Notes: generated by a model from the letters alone, not told the origin. A stretch of 64,000 nt of DNA from Bacteroidota bacterium (GCA_021323165.1 JAJTCJ010000026.1:1804-65803); one strand, 5' to 3'; positions 28,543 to 37,859 are shown, counted from the first letter of the stretch. Program-made: numbers and translations.

Positions 28543-29019
28543 ATGCATTCCCGACTGATCTTGTTTCTGATAATCGTTTCTTCAAATGTGTTTTCACAGA
28601 AGAAAACCTGGGATCCTGCTGTTCTTGAAAAAGCAAATACAGCCAAGGATGCAGACTATCTCACCAAAGAAGAAAAATCAGTTATATTTTATTTAAATCT
28701 TGTAAGGCTTGATCCCAAACTTTTTGGAGAAACTTATTTAAAAAAATACCTGGATTCTACTTCAGATAACAACCAATACACCAAGTCACTCCGCAAGACA
28801 CTCGCTTCTGCCAAACCTTTACCGGTTGTGTATCCTGATAAATTGCTCTCAGAATTCGCAAAAGGCATTCGATATCGTTATGAGCCTGCTGATCGATGAG
28901 GATGTCCCAGCCTCGGACACCGTGAGAATATTCTTGATCCTGAATATAAATTTGTTGGAACTTCCATTCAGCCACATAAGCGGTATGAATGGAATTGTGT
29001 AATGGATTTTGGTGGGTAG
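28543..29019 (+). pseudogene. CAP (SCP/PR-1-like) domain protein, disrupted by an in-frame TGA at 28897-28899, an internal deletion and a -1 shift
   Basis: The open part ends 'LSEFAKGIRYRYEPADR*'. The same frame then continues '..SLGHRENILDPEYKFVGTSIQPHKRYEWNCVMDFGG', which is the CAP 'GHR.NIL' C-terminal core. A neighbouring frame reads 'AFDIVMSLLIDEDVP', which would precede it. Confidence 0.55.
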
Positions 29020-29046
29020 TTTTATGGGACGGAGTTTACTTCGATT

Positions 29047-29197
29047 TTGTCATGCTGAGCGAAGCCGAAGCATCTTCTTAAAAATGGAAAACAATTTTTA
29101 AAGTATAGAGGTAGGTTGAAAGAATTGCTGCTTCCCTCTAAGAAGATCCCTCCGCGAAGCCTGTCCTGAGCTTTTGTCGATGGGGTCGGGATGACAT
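29047..29197. repeat. MITE-like imperfect inverted repeat ('TGTCATGCTGAGCGAAGCCGAAGCATCTTCTTA' ... 'TAAGAAGATCCCTCCGCGAAGCC..GTCGGGATGACA')
   Basis: The two arms are reverse-complementary over about 30-55 nt, and the element is non-coding. Confidence 0.55.
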
Positions 29198-29268
29198 ACT
29201 GCTTAAAGATTACTTTTCAAACATTTTAAATCGCAATAACGTTCTAAAATTGTCTATTGAAAAACTGC

Positions 29269-29625
29269 CTACTGGTTCTTCGCCAGACTCACCGCTTCCT
29301 TCACCCACTTCTTAACCTGAGCTGTCGGAATATCTTTAACCGAATATAATTTAATGTGACGCATTCCCTTTCCGGTTCCTTCAAATAAATTTTTTGGATC
29401 TGTAAGTGAAGTTGCCTGCAGGAATCCAAGGTTCATATAATCCACTCCAGGATAAGTATAAATAAATGCGAGATTGGTTTTACCGTATATAAATGTCAGC
29501 TGCTTCCATTTGATCGCTTCTGTTATTTTAGGATCTGTAGTAAGAACAAGATCTCTTACGTTCATCGCGACTTCTCTTTTAGCTTCCGGAAGTGCTGCAA
29601 GAAATTGTTGAATTTTAGGATCCAT
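29269..29625 (-). CDS. DUF1801 (YdhG-like) domain protein
   Basis: 'EAIKWKQLTFIYGKTNLAFIY...GFLQATSLTD' shows the DUF1801 pattern, and it is 118 aa. Confidence 0.6.
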   Translation of the reverse strand: MDPKIQQFLAALPEAKREVAMNVRDLVLTTDPKITEAIKWKQLTFIYGKTNLAFIYTYPGVDYMNLGFLQATSLTDPKNLFEGTGKGMRHIKLYSVKDIPTAQVKKWVKEAVSLAKNQ

Positions 29626-29637
29626 TTTATTTATTTT

Positions 29638-30186
29638 CTATTTATTTTTTCGATTCATCATCTCCAGCAAAACATTGCATGTGCGCCAGTTACGTGTAGT
29701 TGCAGTTACTTTCAATTTATTCTCAAAAAAATTATTGTTGAGCTTGGTTTCACCATATCCGCCCGGACAATACAAATAAACAACCTTTCCACTGATCACA
29801 AAACGATCCGCTGTTTTGTCCGGTAATTTGATCTTGTCAAGATATTCCTTCTCTGCTTCCTTTTCCAGGAAGGTCAAATATAAACGTTCGACATCAACGC
29901 CTTTTTCTTTAAGAAATGGATTTTTCTTAACAGCGGCTTCAAGTTCCTTTTTTTCAAGAACAACCACAGGCACTTCAAATCCAAATGTATCTTTGATCTT
30001 TTTACTGATCTTCTTTGAATGCGCTTCAGGTTTCCCACTTCCATCAAATATCACGTTACCGCTTTGAATGTATGTCTGAGCGTTTTTATACTTCAATTCA
30101 TCAAACACAGCTTTTAAGTCTGCCATCGGAACTTTCTTTTGTCCGCTGACATTTATGCCTCTCAGCATCGCTAGTAATTCAGGCAT
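29638..30186 (-). CDS. DUF1697 domain protein
   Basis: 'LLAMLRGINVSGQKKVPMADLKAVFDELKYKNAQTYIQSGNVIF' is the DUF1697 N-terminal signature. Confidence 0.65.
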   Translation of the reverse strand: MPELLAMLRGINVSGQKKVPMADLKAVFDELKYKNAQTYIQSGNVIFDGSGKPEAHSKKISKKIKDTFGFEVPVVVLEKKELEAAVKKNPFLKEKGVDVERLYLTFLEKEAEKEYLDKIKLPDKTADRFVISGKVVYLYCPGGYGETKLNNNFFENKLKVTATTRNWRTCNVLLEMMNRKNK

Positions 30187-30205
30187 CTATTTCTTCTTAG
30201 CAGGT

Positions 30206-30754
30206 TTAGCTTTTTTTGCCGGTGCAGCTTTTTTTTGCGGATTTGGTTGCTGTTGCCGGCTTAACAGTTTTGGCTGATTTTGCTGCAGGTTTTGGCCTTG
30301 GAGTGTTCAGCACTGTTTCATACATTTTGATCCAGTCTTTCACCGTGATCTTGGACATCAGCTCACCGAATAATTTGAAAGGTATCTTTTCAGGATTCTT
30401 AAACCGAATACAGCTTTTACCCATATCAAGTTTCGCATCAGTATGTTTTGGATATTCTTTTACAAACCAATCCAGCAATTTAGGATCTGAGTAAATTCCC
30501 ATGTGGTAAAATGCAATAAAATTCTTTTGGCTGGCCAGACCTGCAAAAGGCAAAGGCTGTTTAGGATCACAATGATAACCATTAGGGTAAATAGAATGAG
30601 GGACGCAATACCCCATCATCCCGTAACCCATTCTCTCCTGGAAACCACTTGGAATATTCTTGATTATTTCTTTACGCAATTTACTCATTGCTTCTCTTCT
30701 ATCGTCCGGTAATTCTGCGATGTATTGCTCAGGGGTAGCTGCTTCTGATCTCAT
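30206..30754 (-). CDS. DUF1801 (YdhG/YdeI-like) protein with Lys/Ala/Pro-rich C-terminal tail
   Basis: 'PEQYIAELPDDRREAMSKLRKEI...NFIAFYHMGIY...MGKSCIRFK' is DUF1801-like, and the tail is 'PKPAAKSAKTVKPATATKSAKK'. Confidence 0.6.
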   Translation of the reverse strand: MRSEAATPEQYIAELPDDRREAMSKLRKEIIKNIPSGFQERMGYGMMGYCVPHSIYPNGYHCDPKQPLPFAGLASQKNFIAFYHMGIYSDPKLLDWFVKEYPKHTDAKLDMGKSCIRFKNPEKIPFKLFGELMSKITVKDWIKMYETVLNTPRPKPAAKSAKTVKPATATKSAKKSCTGKKS

Positions 30755-30846
30755 GATTGTATATAATTTTTTTAAATATCGTAATTATTTAATTTCCTAA
30801 AAAGCTTTTGATCACATCAGAATAGAATTCCAGTATTCTTCATATT

Positions 30847-31467
30847 CTATTTATAGATCCACATCAGAACCGGCTTTGTTGACGATTTTATTTTAGGATC
30901 AATTTTTTTCATATTGTTGTTTGAGATTGTCGGACATCCCCAGCCTTCAGGTGTTCCATCCGGATATACTTCTTTATCAGAAACCATGTCCCAGGAATGA
31001 AACACAATTGTGCGGGCAAGTGCATTGCTGTTTGTTGGTTCAAGCCCATGCATAAAATACTTAACTTTTATGCCCCAATCGCTGTGTCCTCTTGCTCCAA
31101 GTTTATATTTCCCAAGCGAAGAACAATGACTCCCATCCTTATTGCTGAATACAGGCGCATCTTTAGAAGAATCCAAACTCCATGGATTATCACAGCAACC
31201 ATGTCCCACCAGAAAACTATTTATAATACTGTCCTTTTGAAGATCATAAACAAAAAACCTGTTCAACCCGGAATGCAGGCTCATATCAATGAGGATACAA
31301 AACTCCGTACTGAAATTATTAGCCTTACAAAAACTCAAAGCTTCTTTTGCTTTGCCTTTCGTTTTTTCAATATTAACTTTTGGATTATTTACATCAGCGG
31401 GCAGCTCATTAATTGTCGTGTTCGACAATGAAGAAATAAAAGTGAGTAGGAGAATGATCAGCTTCAT
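30847..31467 (-). CDS. murein L,D-transpeptidase catalytic-domain family protein (YkuD_2-like), secreted
   Basis: A signal peptide is followed by 'RFFVYDLQKDSIINSFLVGHG...SNKDGSHCSSLGKYKLG...TIVFHSWDMVS...GCPTIS', which carries conserved His/Cys positions. Confidence 0.6.
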   Translation of the reverse strand: MKLIILLLTFISSLSNTTINELPADVNNPKVNIEKTKGKAKEALSFCKANNFSTEFCILIDMSLHSGLNRFFVYDLQKDSIINSFLVGHGCCDNPWSLDSSKDAPVFSNKDGSHCSSLGKYKLGARGHSDWGIKVKYFMHGLEPTNSNALARTIVFHSWDMVSDKEVYPDGTPEGWGCPTISNNNMKKIDPKIKSSTKPVLMWIYK

Positions 31468-31502
31468 TTAAACTTTCTGAATTATGTTAAAGCTGCAAAT
31501 AC

Positions 31503-34067
31503 TTATCCGCCAATCTTAAATCCTAAGCTGCCACCGGTTTTTCTTTGATTATCGATCTCGAACTCTTTTACATCAGCTAATGTCAGCGTTGCCAGATGCA
31601 TTGGTGTACGCTCAGAAGATGGCATTTCGGCCAGACGAAGATGCTGGTTCTTCACGGCTTCCTCGATTACTTGGCGAACAGTTCTTGCATTTCCGAAATG
31701 CTTATCGCGATGTGTATGTATATGCTGGAAGTAACTCTTTAAATGATCGTTTGCTTCTGCATCCGGTGTGATCTTTTCTTTATCCAACAGATTAAGAGCG
31801 ATCGCATGCATTTCTTCAGGAGTATAATCTGCAAAATGAAAAGTACGATCAAAGCGTGATTTTAATCCCGGGTTTGATTCAATAAACTCATTCATATTCT
31901 CAGTATACCCTGCTACTATCACTCCGAATTGTCCGCGAAGATCTTCCATTCTTTTTAAGATCACCTGGATCGCTTCCTGCCCATAACTATCATTTGAATT
32001 TTTTCCTGCTAAAGCATAAGCTTCGTCAATGAATAAAATTCCGCCCTGAGCTTCATCTATCTTCTCTCCTGTTTTAATTGCTGTCTGGCCGGTATATCCC
32101 GCCACCAGCGCTTCTCTGTCAACTTCAACAATATGTCCGCGCTCGAGTAAACCAAGTCCTTTATAGATCTTTGCCACAATACGCGCAACAGTCGTTTTAC
32201 CTGTACCAGGATTCCCGGTGAATATGCTGTGTAAAGAAAATTTATTCAATACATCTCTTCCTGTTTCTTTATAAAAGCGGACAAGCTTAACAAGCTCATT
32301 GATCTCCTCTTTCACATTATTCATTCCGGTTAAGTTATTAAGCTCTGCCAAACCTTCCTTCAATAATTTTTCATTCACATCAAGAATAAGTTTCTTCTTA
32401 CCCTGCGATGCAAAAACTTTCAGCATATCCTGCAGTTCTATTCTTGAAAGATCCTCATTACTCATATCAGCAACATTCGCGAGATTCATTAAGCGCAATC
32501 CTAAATTCATCTTCGCTTCATCTATCAGTGAATACACATAGCGCGCATTACCGAATGAGTGGTCGCGTGTACGATAAACTTCTATGAGCATTTCCTGCAT
32601 ATAATGTTTTGCATCATCAGTGATAGTCACACCTTTCTTTTTTGCAGCAAGCTCTGCAATGTCAAACATTTCTTCCGGCAGATAATCATCGAAATGGAAA
32701 TAATGACTGAAACGTGATTTCAATCCCGGGTTTGAATCCACGAAATTCTGCATTTCCTTCGGGTAGCCTGCACACATTATCGCTATATCACCGGTGCCGT
32801 CACTCATTTCACGGATCAGGATCTCTAATACTTCGTGTCCGAAATCATTTGAATCTTCTTTTGTTCTTGTTAAAGCGTATGCTTCATCAATAAATAGAAT
32901 TCCGCCCTTCGCCTCTTCTATCACCTTCTTTACTTTGGGTGCAGTTTGACCGATATACTGAGCAACCAGATCAGAACGATCCACTTCCTTCACATGTCCC
33001 TTACTCAGCAAGCCCATCTTCTTATAGATCTTACCAAGCATATTTACCACAGTTGTTTTTCCTGTTCCCGGATTTCCGGTGAATACACTGTGAAGATTTA
33101 TCTTCCCGCCATCATCAAAGCCTTTGTCTTTTCGAAGCTTCATGAAATTAATGTAATTGATATGATCACGTATGTTTTTCTTTACGTGCTCCATCCCCAC
33201 TAATTCATCCAGCTTGGCAAGAAGCTGCTCAATAGTTTCTTCTTCAACAACGGGAGCCGGATCTGCAACCTGCGTTCCTAAAGAAATTCCTTCTGTAACA
33301 GAAACGAGCGGAGTAGTAACGCCTTCTTCATTTTCATTACCCATTTCGAAAGGCACAAGAGCAACAAGCGTATCCATGAATACGATCTCAACCGTATATT
33401 TATCGTCTTTCCAGGAACCTGCAGATTCACTTCCCCAGCCTGCATCAAAGGTTAAGACCTGATCTTTTCTGTCCTTTTCAATAAGGCCGGTACGCAATGT
33501 TTGGCCTTTGGGCTGACCGGCATCATCATAAAAATTAAAAATGAATTCGTAATTCCAGTCGGCAGCTGTTTTTGTTTTAATTTTAAATTCCACCCATAAG
33601 TATGGCGTTTCACTGCGATTCAGTTTTTTGTAATATGTCCGGTCTGATATCTTCCATCCGTCAAACGGACCCGAAAATAATTTTACAGATTCAACATCAA
33701 AATAAGGATTGTTTTCAGAAGTTACTTTTCCAACTTCTTCAACATAGAATTTTTTCACTCCAACCAGCTCGTCATCAATATAACCTTCCCATGCATAATC
33801 CCCGCGGAACCAATACGCGCCTTCAGTTGCATTTCCCCATCCGTCACGGATAAAAACAATATTGTCATTCATTGAGATCACCTGATCATAATCAAGTGAA
33901 CATAATTCCTTTCTGCCATTAGAAGTAAGATCAACACATTTTAAAGTGATCTTGGCTTTCCAATCCTGTTCGTCAAAAAGTTTATTATAAAAGGAAAATT
34001 CTGTTCTTAGGTAAGTTGTCTCTGCACGATCAAATACAGTACGGTATTTTTTTGTAGCGTTCACCAT
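31503..34067 (-). CDS. tandem CbbX/SpoVK-type AAA+ ATPase with a duplicated ~115-aa N-terminal domain of unknown function
   Basis: There are two Walker A sites, 'TGNPGTGKTT' at about aa 330 and again at about aa 620. Each is followed by 'GGILFIDEAYAL' (Walker B) and 'SNPGLKSRF'. The N-terminus carries two related repeats, each beginning 'Y..(F/L).R.ET.YL..EF'. Confidence 0.75.
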   Translation of the reverse strand: MVNATKKYRTVFDRAETTYLRTEFSFYNKLFDEQDWKAKITLKCVDLTSNGRKELCSLDYDQVISMNDNIVFIRDGWGNATEGAYWFRGDYAWEGYIDDELVGVKKFYVEEVGKVTSENNPYFDVESVKLFSGPFDGWKISDRTYYKKLNRSETPYLWVEFKIKTKTAADWNYEFIFNFYDDAGQPKGQTLRTGLIEKDRKDQVLTFDAGWGSESAGSWKDDKYTVEIVFMDTLVALVPFEMGNENEEGVTTPLVSVTEGISLGTQVADPAPVVEEETIEQLLAKLDELVGMEHVKKNIRDHINYINFMKLRKDKGFDDGGKINLHSVFTGNPGTGKTTVVNMLGKIYKKMGLLSKGHVKEVDRSDLVAQYIGQTAPKVKKVIEEAKGGILFIDEAYALTRTKEDSNDFGHEVLEILIREMSDGTGDIAIMCAGYPKEMQNFVDSNPGLKSRFSHYFHFDDYLPEEMFDIAELAAKKKGVTITDDAKHYMQEMLIEVYRTRDHSFGNARYVYSLIDEAKMNLGLRLMNLANVADMSNEDLSRIELQDMLKVFASQGKKKLILDVNEKLLKEGLAELNNLTGMNNVKEEINELVKLVRFYKETGRDVLNKFSLHSIFTGNPGTGKTTVARIVAKIYKGLGLLERGHIVEVDREALVAGYTGQTAIKTGEKIDEAQGGILFIDEAYALAGKNSNDSYGQEAIQVILKRMEDLRGQFGVIVAGYTENMNEFIESNPGLKSRFDRTFHFADYTPEEMHAIALNLLDKEKITPDAEANDHLKSYFQHIHTHRDKHFGNARTVRQVIEEAVKNQHLRLAEMPSSERTPMHLATLTLADVKEFEIDNQRKTGGSLGFKIGG

Positions 34068-34360
34068 CCATAAAGGAATTTTGGGAAGATTTTGAAAAAA
34101 TAAAAACCTTGCTTTGATTATCTTGAATAGAGTATAAAAAAACCCGCCATAGCAGGTTCATGGAACGCTGATCTTTATGATTTTAAGGATTTACGCTGAT
34201 GGCTGACTGGTAAATTGATAAAATCAGGATTTGTTGGAGTTAAAAAATAAACAGAGCTAAAGCAAAAACTAAACACAACTAACCTTTTTTATCATAAGAA
34301 TCATAAAGATCTGCAGCCTGCCCCGATGACATTCGGGGTTCCATTTCTATACCCTAAATG

Positions 34361-34392
34361 CAAATAAAAAACCCGCCATCTTTGCAGACAGC
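34361..34392 (-). terminator. rho-independent terminator on the minus strand (RC 'CCCGCTGTCtgcaaaGATGGCGGGTTTTTT')
   Basis: A 9-bp stem with two G-U pairs is followed by T6, 41 nt downstream of the stop of gene 34433..34825 in its own orientation. Confidence 0.6.
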
Positions 34393-34432
34393 GGGCATAA
34401 TTAGATAAATCTCTCTAAACTAAATCTAATTA

Positions 34433-34825
34433 TTAGTAGTTACCGGAGGCAACTGCTTTTTGTGAAGGGGAGTTACAGGATCCTTCCTGAAATAAAACAC
34501 CGTTTATATAGATCTGGACATACACTGATTTTCTTGCTGCAGTAGTATTCCAGGCTTCCAATGAGAAGAAATTTCCTTTTGTTGACTTAAAATTTACCGA
34601 ATGTTCTGTCCTGGTGATAGTTTCTGTTTTAACCTCCAGTTTACCATCCGCGTTCGGATAAATGTAAGATGCTTCTAAATTTCCTGATTCGCTAAGTATC
34701 TTATATTCAACATCTATGGAAACCGGAGATTCAATTGCCGAAGCAGGCTGATTGCTGTTGTCCTTTTTGCAAGAAACCGCTAAAAAGCCTACTAACACTG
34801 CAAAAGAAAGTAAAATGTTTTTCAT
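34433..34825 (-). CDS. small lipoprotein of unknown function
   Basis: The lipobox is 'LAVSCKK', and the protein is 130 aa. Confidence 0.5.
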   Translation of the reverse strand: MKNILLSFAVLVGFLAVSCKKDNSNQPASAIESPVSIDVEYKILSESGNLEASYIYPNADGKLEVKTETITRTEHSVNFKSTKGNFFSLEAWNTTAARKSVYVQIYINGVLFQEGSCNSPSQKAVASGNY

Positions 34826-34995
34826 TGTTGTTTAATTGTCTTTATCCGGGTGCAAAAGTACACCTTTTTAAAGCAAAAACAATAATTTGTCGGGCAAATT
34901 ATACGATTTAACGGGCGGATTTTAAGATTTGGCGGGATTCACTATTTTAAAACTGATTTATAGTTCAAACCACTATTTTACCCCATAATGGCAGA

Positions 34996-36003
34996 TTATT
35001 TCACTCTAAAAATTTCCATCATTTTAGCCGAAGCTTCCAGTGTTTCCGATTTCAGACGTTTGATTATCTCGGAACAGGAAACAATATCGTCAATTAATTC
35101 CACACTTTGTCCTGCACACCATAAGGTCTGATAATTTCCCGGCTTAACCGATTTCTCAAGCTGCCGCATTCCGCTTATCTGAACCCACATCTTAAAGAAT
35201 TTCTTTGTTTGGGAATTATTAGACAACGCTCTTTCGAGCCAATTCTGTTTATACCCGATCTTTTTTGCGAAAGGAGTATTAATTATAGTACACGGTGTCC
35301 CGGAAATTTTTTCAGTAAGTACTATATCCTGCATTTTTGAACTTACGATCGCGTTCTTATAATCATTGCTTACTGTTGCTTCAAGGCTCGCAATAAAACG
35401 CGTTCCTATCGAAACTCCGGCAGCTCCCAAAGCTAGGGCAGAAAGAATTCCTTCTCCTGTAGCTATTCCGCCTGCAGCTATTACTATCTTATCCGGAAAA
35501 TGATGATGCAATGAAGGCACGAGCACCTGTAATGTATTCGGACCTGCATGTCCGCCCGCACCTTGTCCTACAGCAATAAATCCATCACATCCAAGATCAT
35601 TGCATTTTTTTGCATGTTCAATATTGGTAACATCACAAAAAACTTTTGCTCCGTAACTATGAGCCAACTCTATCACCTGTTTAGGATTACCGAGAGATGT
35701 TATATAGAATGGTACTTTTTTTTCTACACAAATTTTTAAATGTTTTTCATATAAAGGATTTGTTTTCTGAACGATGAGATTGATTCCGTATGTTCCTTTC
35801 ACTGTAAGCTTACTCTTCTCTTCATTCAATACATCCAGCAATTTTTCCAGCTCGCCATCATTCCTGTAATTAAGGCTGGGAAAGGTTGCAGCTATTCCAT
35901 TATGCATTCCGCTTTTTAACATTGCTTCGTTGCTAACCAGGAACATGGGTGCCATGATCATCGGGAAATCAATATTAAGGGAAGCGGTTAGTTTTGTTTG
36001 CAT
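34996..36003 (-). CDS. nitronate monooxygenase (NMO/2-nitropropane dioxygenase) family, FabK-like FMN oxidoreductase
   Basis: The N-terminal fingerprint is 'IMAPMFLVSN', with 'AVGQGAGGHAG' and 'IAAGGIATGEG' downstream. Confidence 0.75.
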   Translation of the reverse strand: MQTKLTASLNIDFPMIMAPMFLVSNEAMLKSGMHNGIAATFPSLNYRNDGELEKLLDVLNEEKSKLTVKGTYGINLIVQKTNPLYEKHLKICVEKKVPFYITSLGNPKQVIELAHSYGAKVFCDVTNIEHAKKCNDLGCDGFIAVGQGAGGHAGPNTLQVLVPSLHHHFPDKIVIAAGGIATGEGILSALALGAAGVSIGTRFIASLEATVSNDYKNAIVSSKMQDIVLTEKISGTPCTIINTPFAKKIGYKQNWLERALSNNSQTKKFFKMWVQISGMRQLEKSVKPGNYQTLWCAGQSVELIDDIVSCSEIIKRLKSETLEASAKMMEIFRVK

Positions 36004-36070
36004 TTGGTTGAGTTTATAGTTGTGGGAACGGTAAAATATTTTATTTTTGGAAATGTAAAGATAGTTTTTT

Positions 36071-36110
36071 TTACCACGGAGGAACGGAGAGCACTGAGAT
36101 GCACGGAGAA
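36071..36110 (+). repeat. repeat-family copy C (L-arm orientation, degenerate) 'TTACCACGGAGGAACGGAGAGCACTGAGATGCACGGAGAA'
   Basis: It matches copies A and B and has no inverted partner nearby. Confidence 0.6.
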
Positions 36111-36164
36111 TTTTTTACCACTAAGGCACTAAGAAAGATAAGGAAGCTTCGCTTCTGCACTAAG
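36111..36164 (+). repeat. 'TAAG' variant repeat 'TTTTTTACCACTAAGGCACTAAGAAAGATAAGGAAGCTTCGCTTCTGCACTAAG'
   Basis: It has the same skeleton as the CGGAG family, and its reverse complement recurs at 60021..60075. Confidence 0.65.
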
Positions 36165-36202
36165 AGCTTAATGGTAAGAGAAATGACCTTTAGAATACAC
36201 AA

Positions 36203-36233
36203 AACTTTGCGCCTTAGCGTCTTTGCGGTAAAA
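36203..36233 (+). repeat. repeat 'AACTTTGCGCCTTAGCGTCTTTGCGGTAAAA'
   Basis: A similar copy lies at 59914..59947. Confidence 0.55.
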
Positions 36234-36281
36234 TTAGGAGCTTGCTTAAACAATAATTAACGAAACTAAAATATAATCACC

Positions 36282-37859
36282 ATGGCCGTAACAAGAATCT
36301 TTGACATCTTACCCCAGCTTTTAGAAAAGTATAATAAGCCTGATGCCCTTGCTGCTAAGGAAAACGGGAAATGGGTAAAGTACTCTACTCAACAGTTTGT
36401 TGACAATGTGAACAACCTTTCTTACGGACTCCTTAATCTCGGGCTTGAACGCGGAGATACTATTGCCATCATTGCAAACAACCGTCCTGAATGGAACTTC
36501 ACTGACTTCGCGGTACAGCAATCAGGAGGAATCAGCGTTCCTATTTATCCTACCGTTAGCGAACATGATCTCGCATTTATTCTGAATGATGCAAAGGTGA
36601 AATATGTCTTCGTTTCAACTGCAGAGCTTTATAAAAAAGTAAAAGCTACTGCTGCAAATGTTCCTTCTATAAAAGGTATCTATACTTATAATAAAGTCGA
36701 AGGCGCTGATCATTGGACAAAGTTAGTGGAAGACGGAAAACGTAATCCGAAAGCCAAAGAGATCGAAACGATCAAGAACAGCATAAAGCCAAATGATCTT
36801 TTCTCTATTCTTTACACTTCAGGCACAACCGGAAATCCTAAAGGTGTAATGCTTTCCCACAACAATCTTATAAGCAACTCTATCGCCTGTCAGGTACTTG
36901 CTCCTTTTGAAAGCAGCTGGAAAGCCCTGAGCTTTCTTCCGCTGAACCACGTTTACGAACGTATGTTAAGTACGCTTTACTTCTATCTTGGTGTTTCTGT
37001 TTATTATGCTGAAAGCCTTGAGACCATCGGAGATAACTTAAAAGAAGTGAAACCACAGATCTTTGGAACTGTTCCGCGCCTTCTTGAAAAAGTATACGAT
37101 AAGATCGTTGCGAAAGGTGATGAACAAACCGGCATCAAGAAAAAATTGTTCTTCTGGGCACTTGATCTTGGGTTACGTTATGAAGTGAACGGTGCTAACG
37201 GATGGTGGTATGAATTCCAGTTAAAATTGGCCAACAAAATAATTTTCTCGAAGTGGAGAGAAGCACTTGGCGGAAATGTTGTTGCAGTTGCTTCAGGCGG
37301 TGCAGCGCTTCAGCCGCGACTTGCACGTGTATTCAATTCTGCAAACATTAAAGTTCTGGAAGGTTACGGACTTACAGAAACTTCCCCGGTGGTTGCTGTG
37401 AACAGCTTCCTGCCCGACAGTATCCGCTTCGGAACTGTTGGACCGGTGATAGAAGGTGTGAAAGTAAAATTTGCTGACGATGGTGAGATCCTTGTAAAAG
37501 GTCCGAATGTAATGCTTGGTTATTATAATCGTCCGGATGCAACAGCTGAAGCTATTGATGCTGAAGGCTGGTTTCATACAGGTGACATCGGTGTGATGTT
37601 GGAGAACAGATTCCTAAAGATCACCGACCGTAAAAAAGAGATCTTCAAAACATCAGGCGGCAAATACATTGCTCCTGTTATGATCGAGAATAAATTAAAA
37701 GAATCTCAGTTCATTGAACAGGTAATGGTGATAGGAGAAAACCAGAAATATGCTTCAGCGCTTATTGTTCCTGCATTTGCATTCCTGAAAGAATATTGCA
37801 AGCGCAAAGGAATTGAATACACCAGCAATGAAGAGATCATTAAAAATCCTATCATATGA
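36282..37859 (+). CDS. long-chain fatty-acid--CoA ligase (AMP-binding family); C-terminus disrupted, with the last ~24 codons readable in the +2 frame to 37936
   Basis: The AMP-binding motif is 'ILYTSGTTGNPKGVML', with 'GYGLTETS' and 'WFHTGDIG' downstream. The ORF ends '..EEIIKNPII*'. The adjacent frame gives 'TPKMSLKRKVIMEVNKDLIAKIYNE*', which matches the family C-terminus. Confidence 0.75.
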   Translation: MAVTRIFDILPQLLEKYNKPDALAAKENGKWVKYSTQQFVDNVNNLSYGLLNLGLERGDTIAIIANNRPEWNFTDFAVQQSGGISVPIYPTVSEHDLAFILNDAKVKYVFVSTAELYKKVKATAANVPSIKGIYTYNKVEGADHWTKLVEDGKRNPKAKEIETIKNSIKPNDLFSILYTSGTTGNPKGVMLSHNNLISNSIACQVLAPFESSWKALSFLPLNHVYERMLSTLYFYLGVSVYYAESLETIGDNLKEVKPQIFGTVPRLLEKVYDKIVAKGDEQTGIKKKLFFWALDLGLRYEVNGANGWWYEFQLKLANKIIFSKWREALGGNVVAVASGGAALQPRLARVFNSANIKVLEGYGLTETSPVVAVNSFLPDSIRFGTVGPVIEGVKVKFADDGEILVKGPNVMLGYYNRPDATAEAIDAEGWFHTGDIGVMLENRFLKITDRKKEIFKTSGGKYIAPVMIENKLKESQFIEQVMVIGENQKYASALIVPAFAFLKEYCKRKGIEYTSNEEIIKNPII

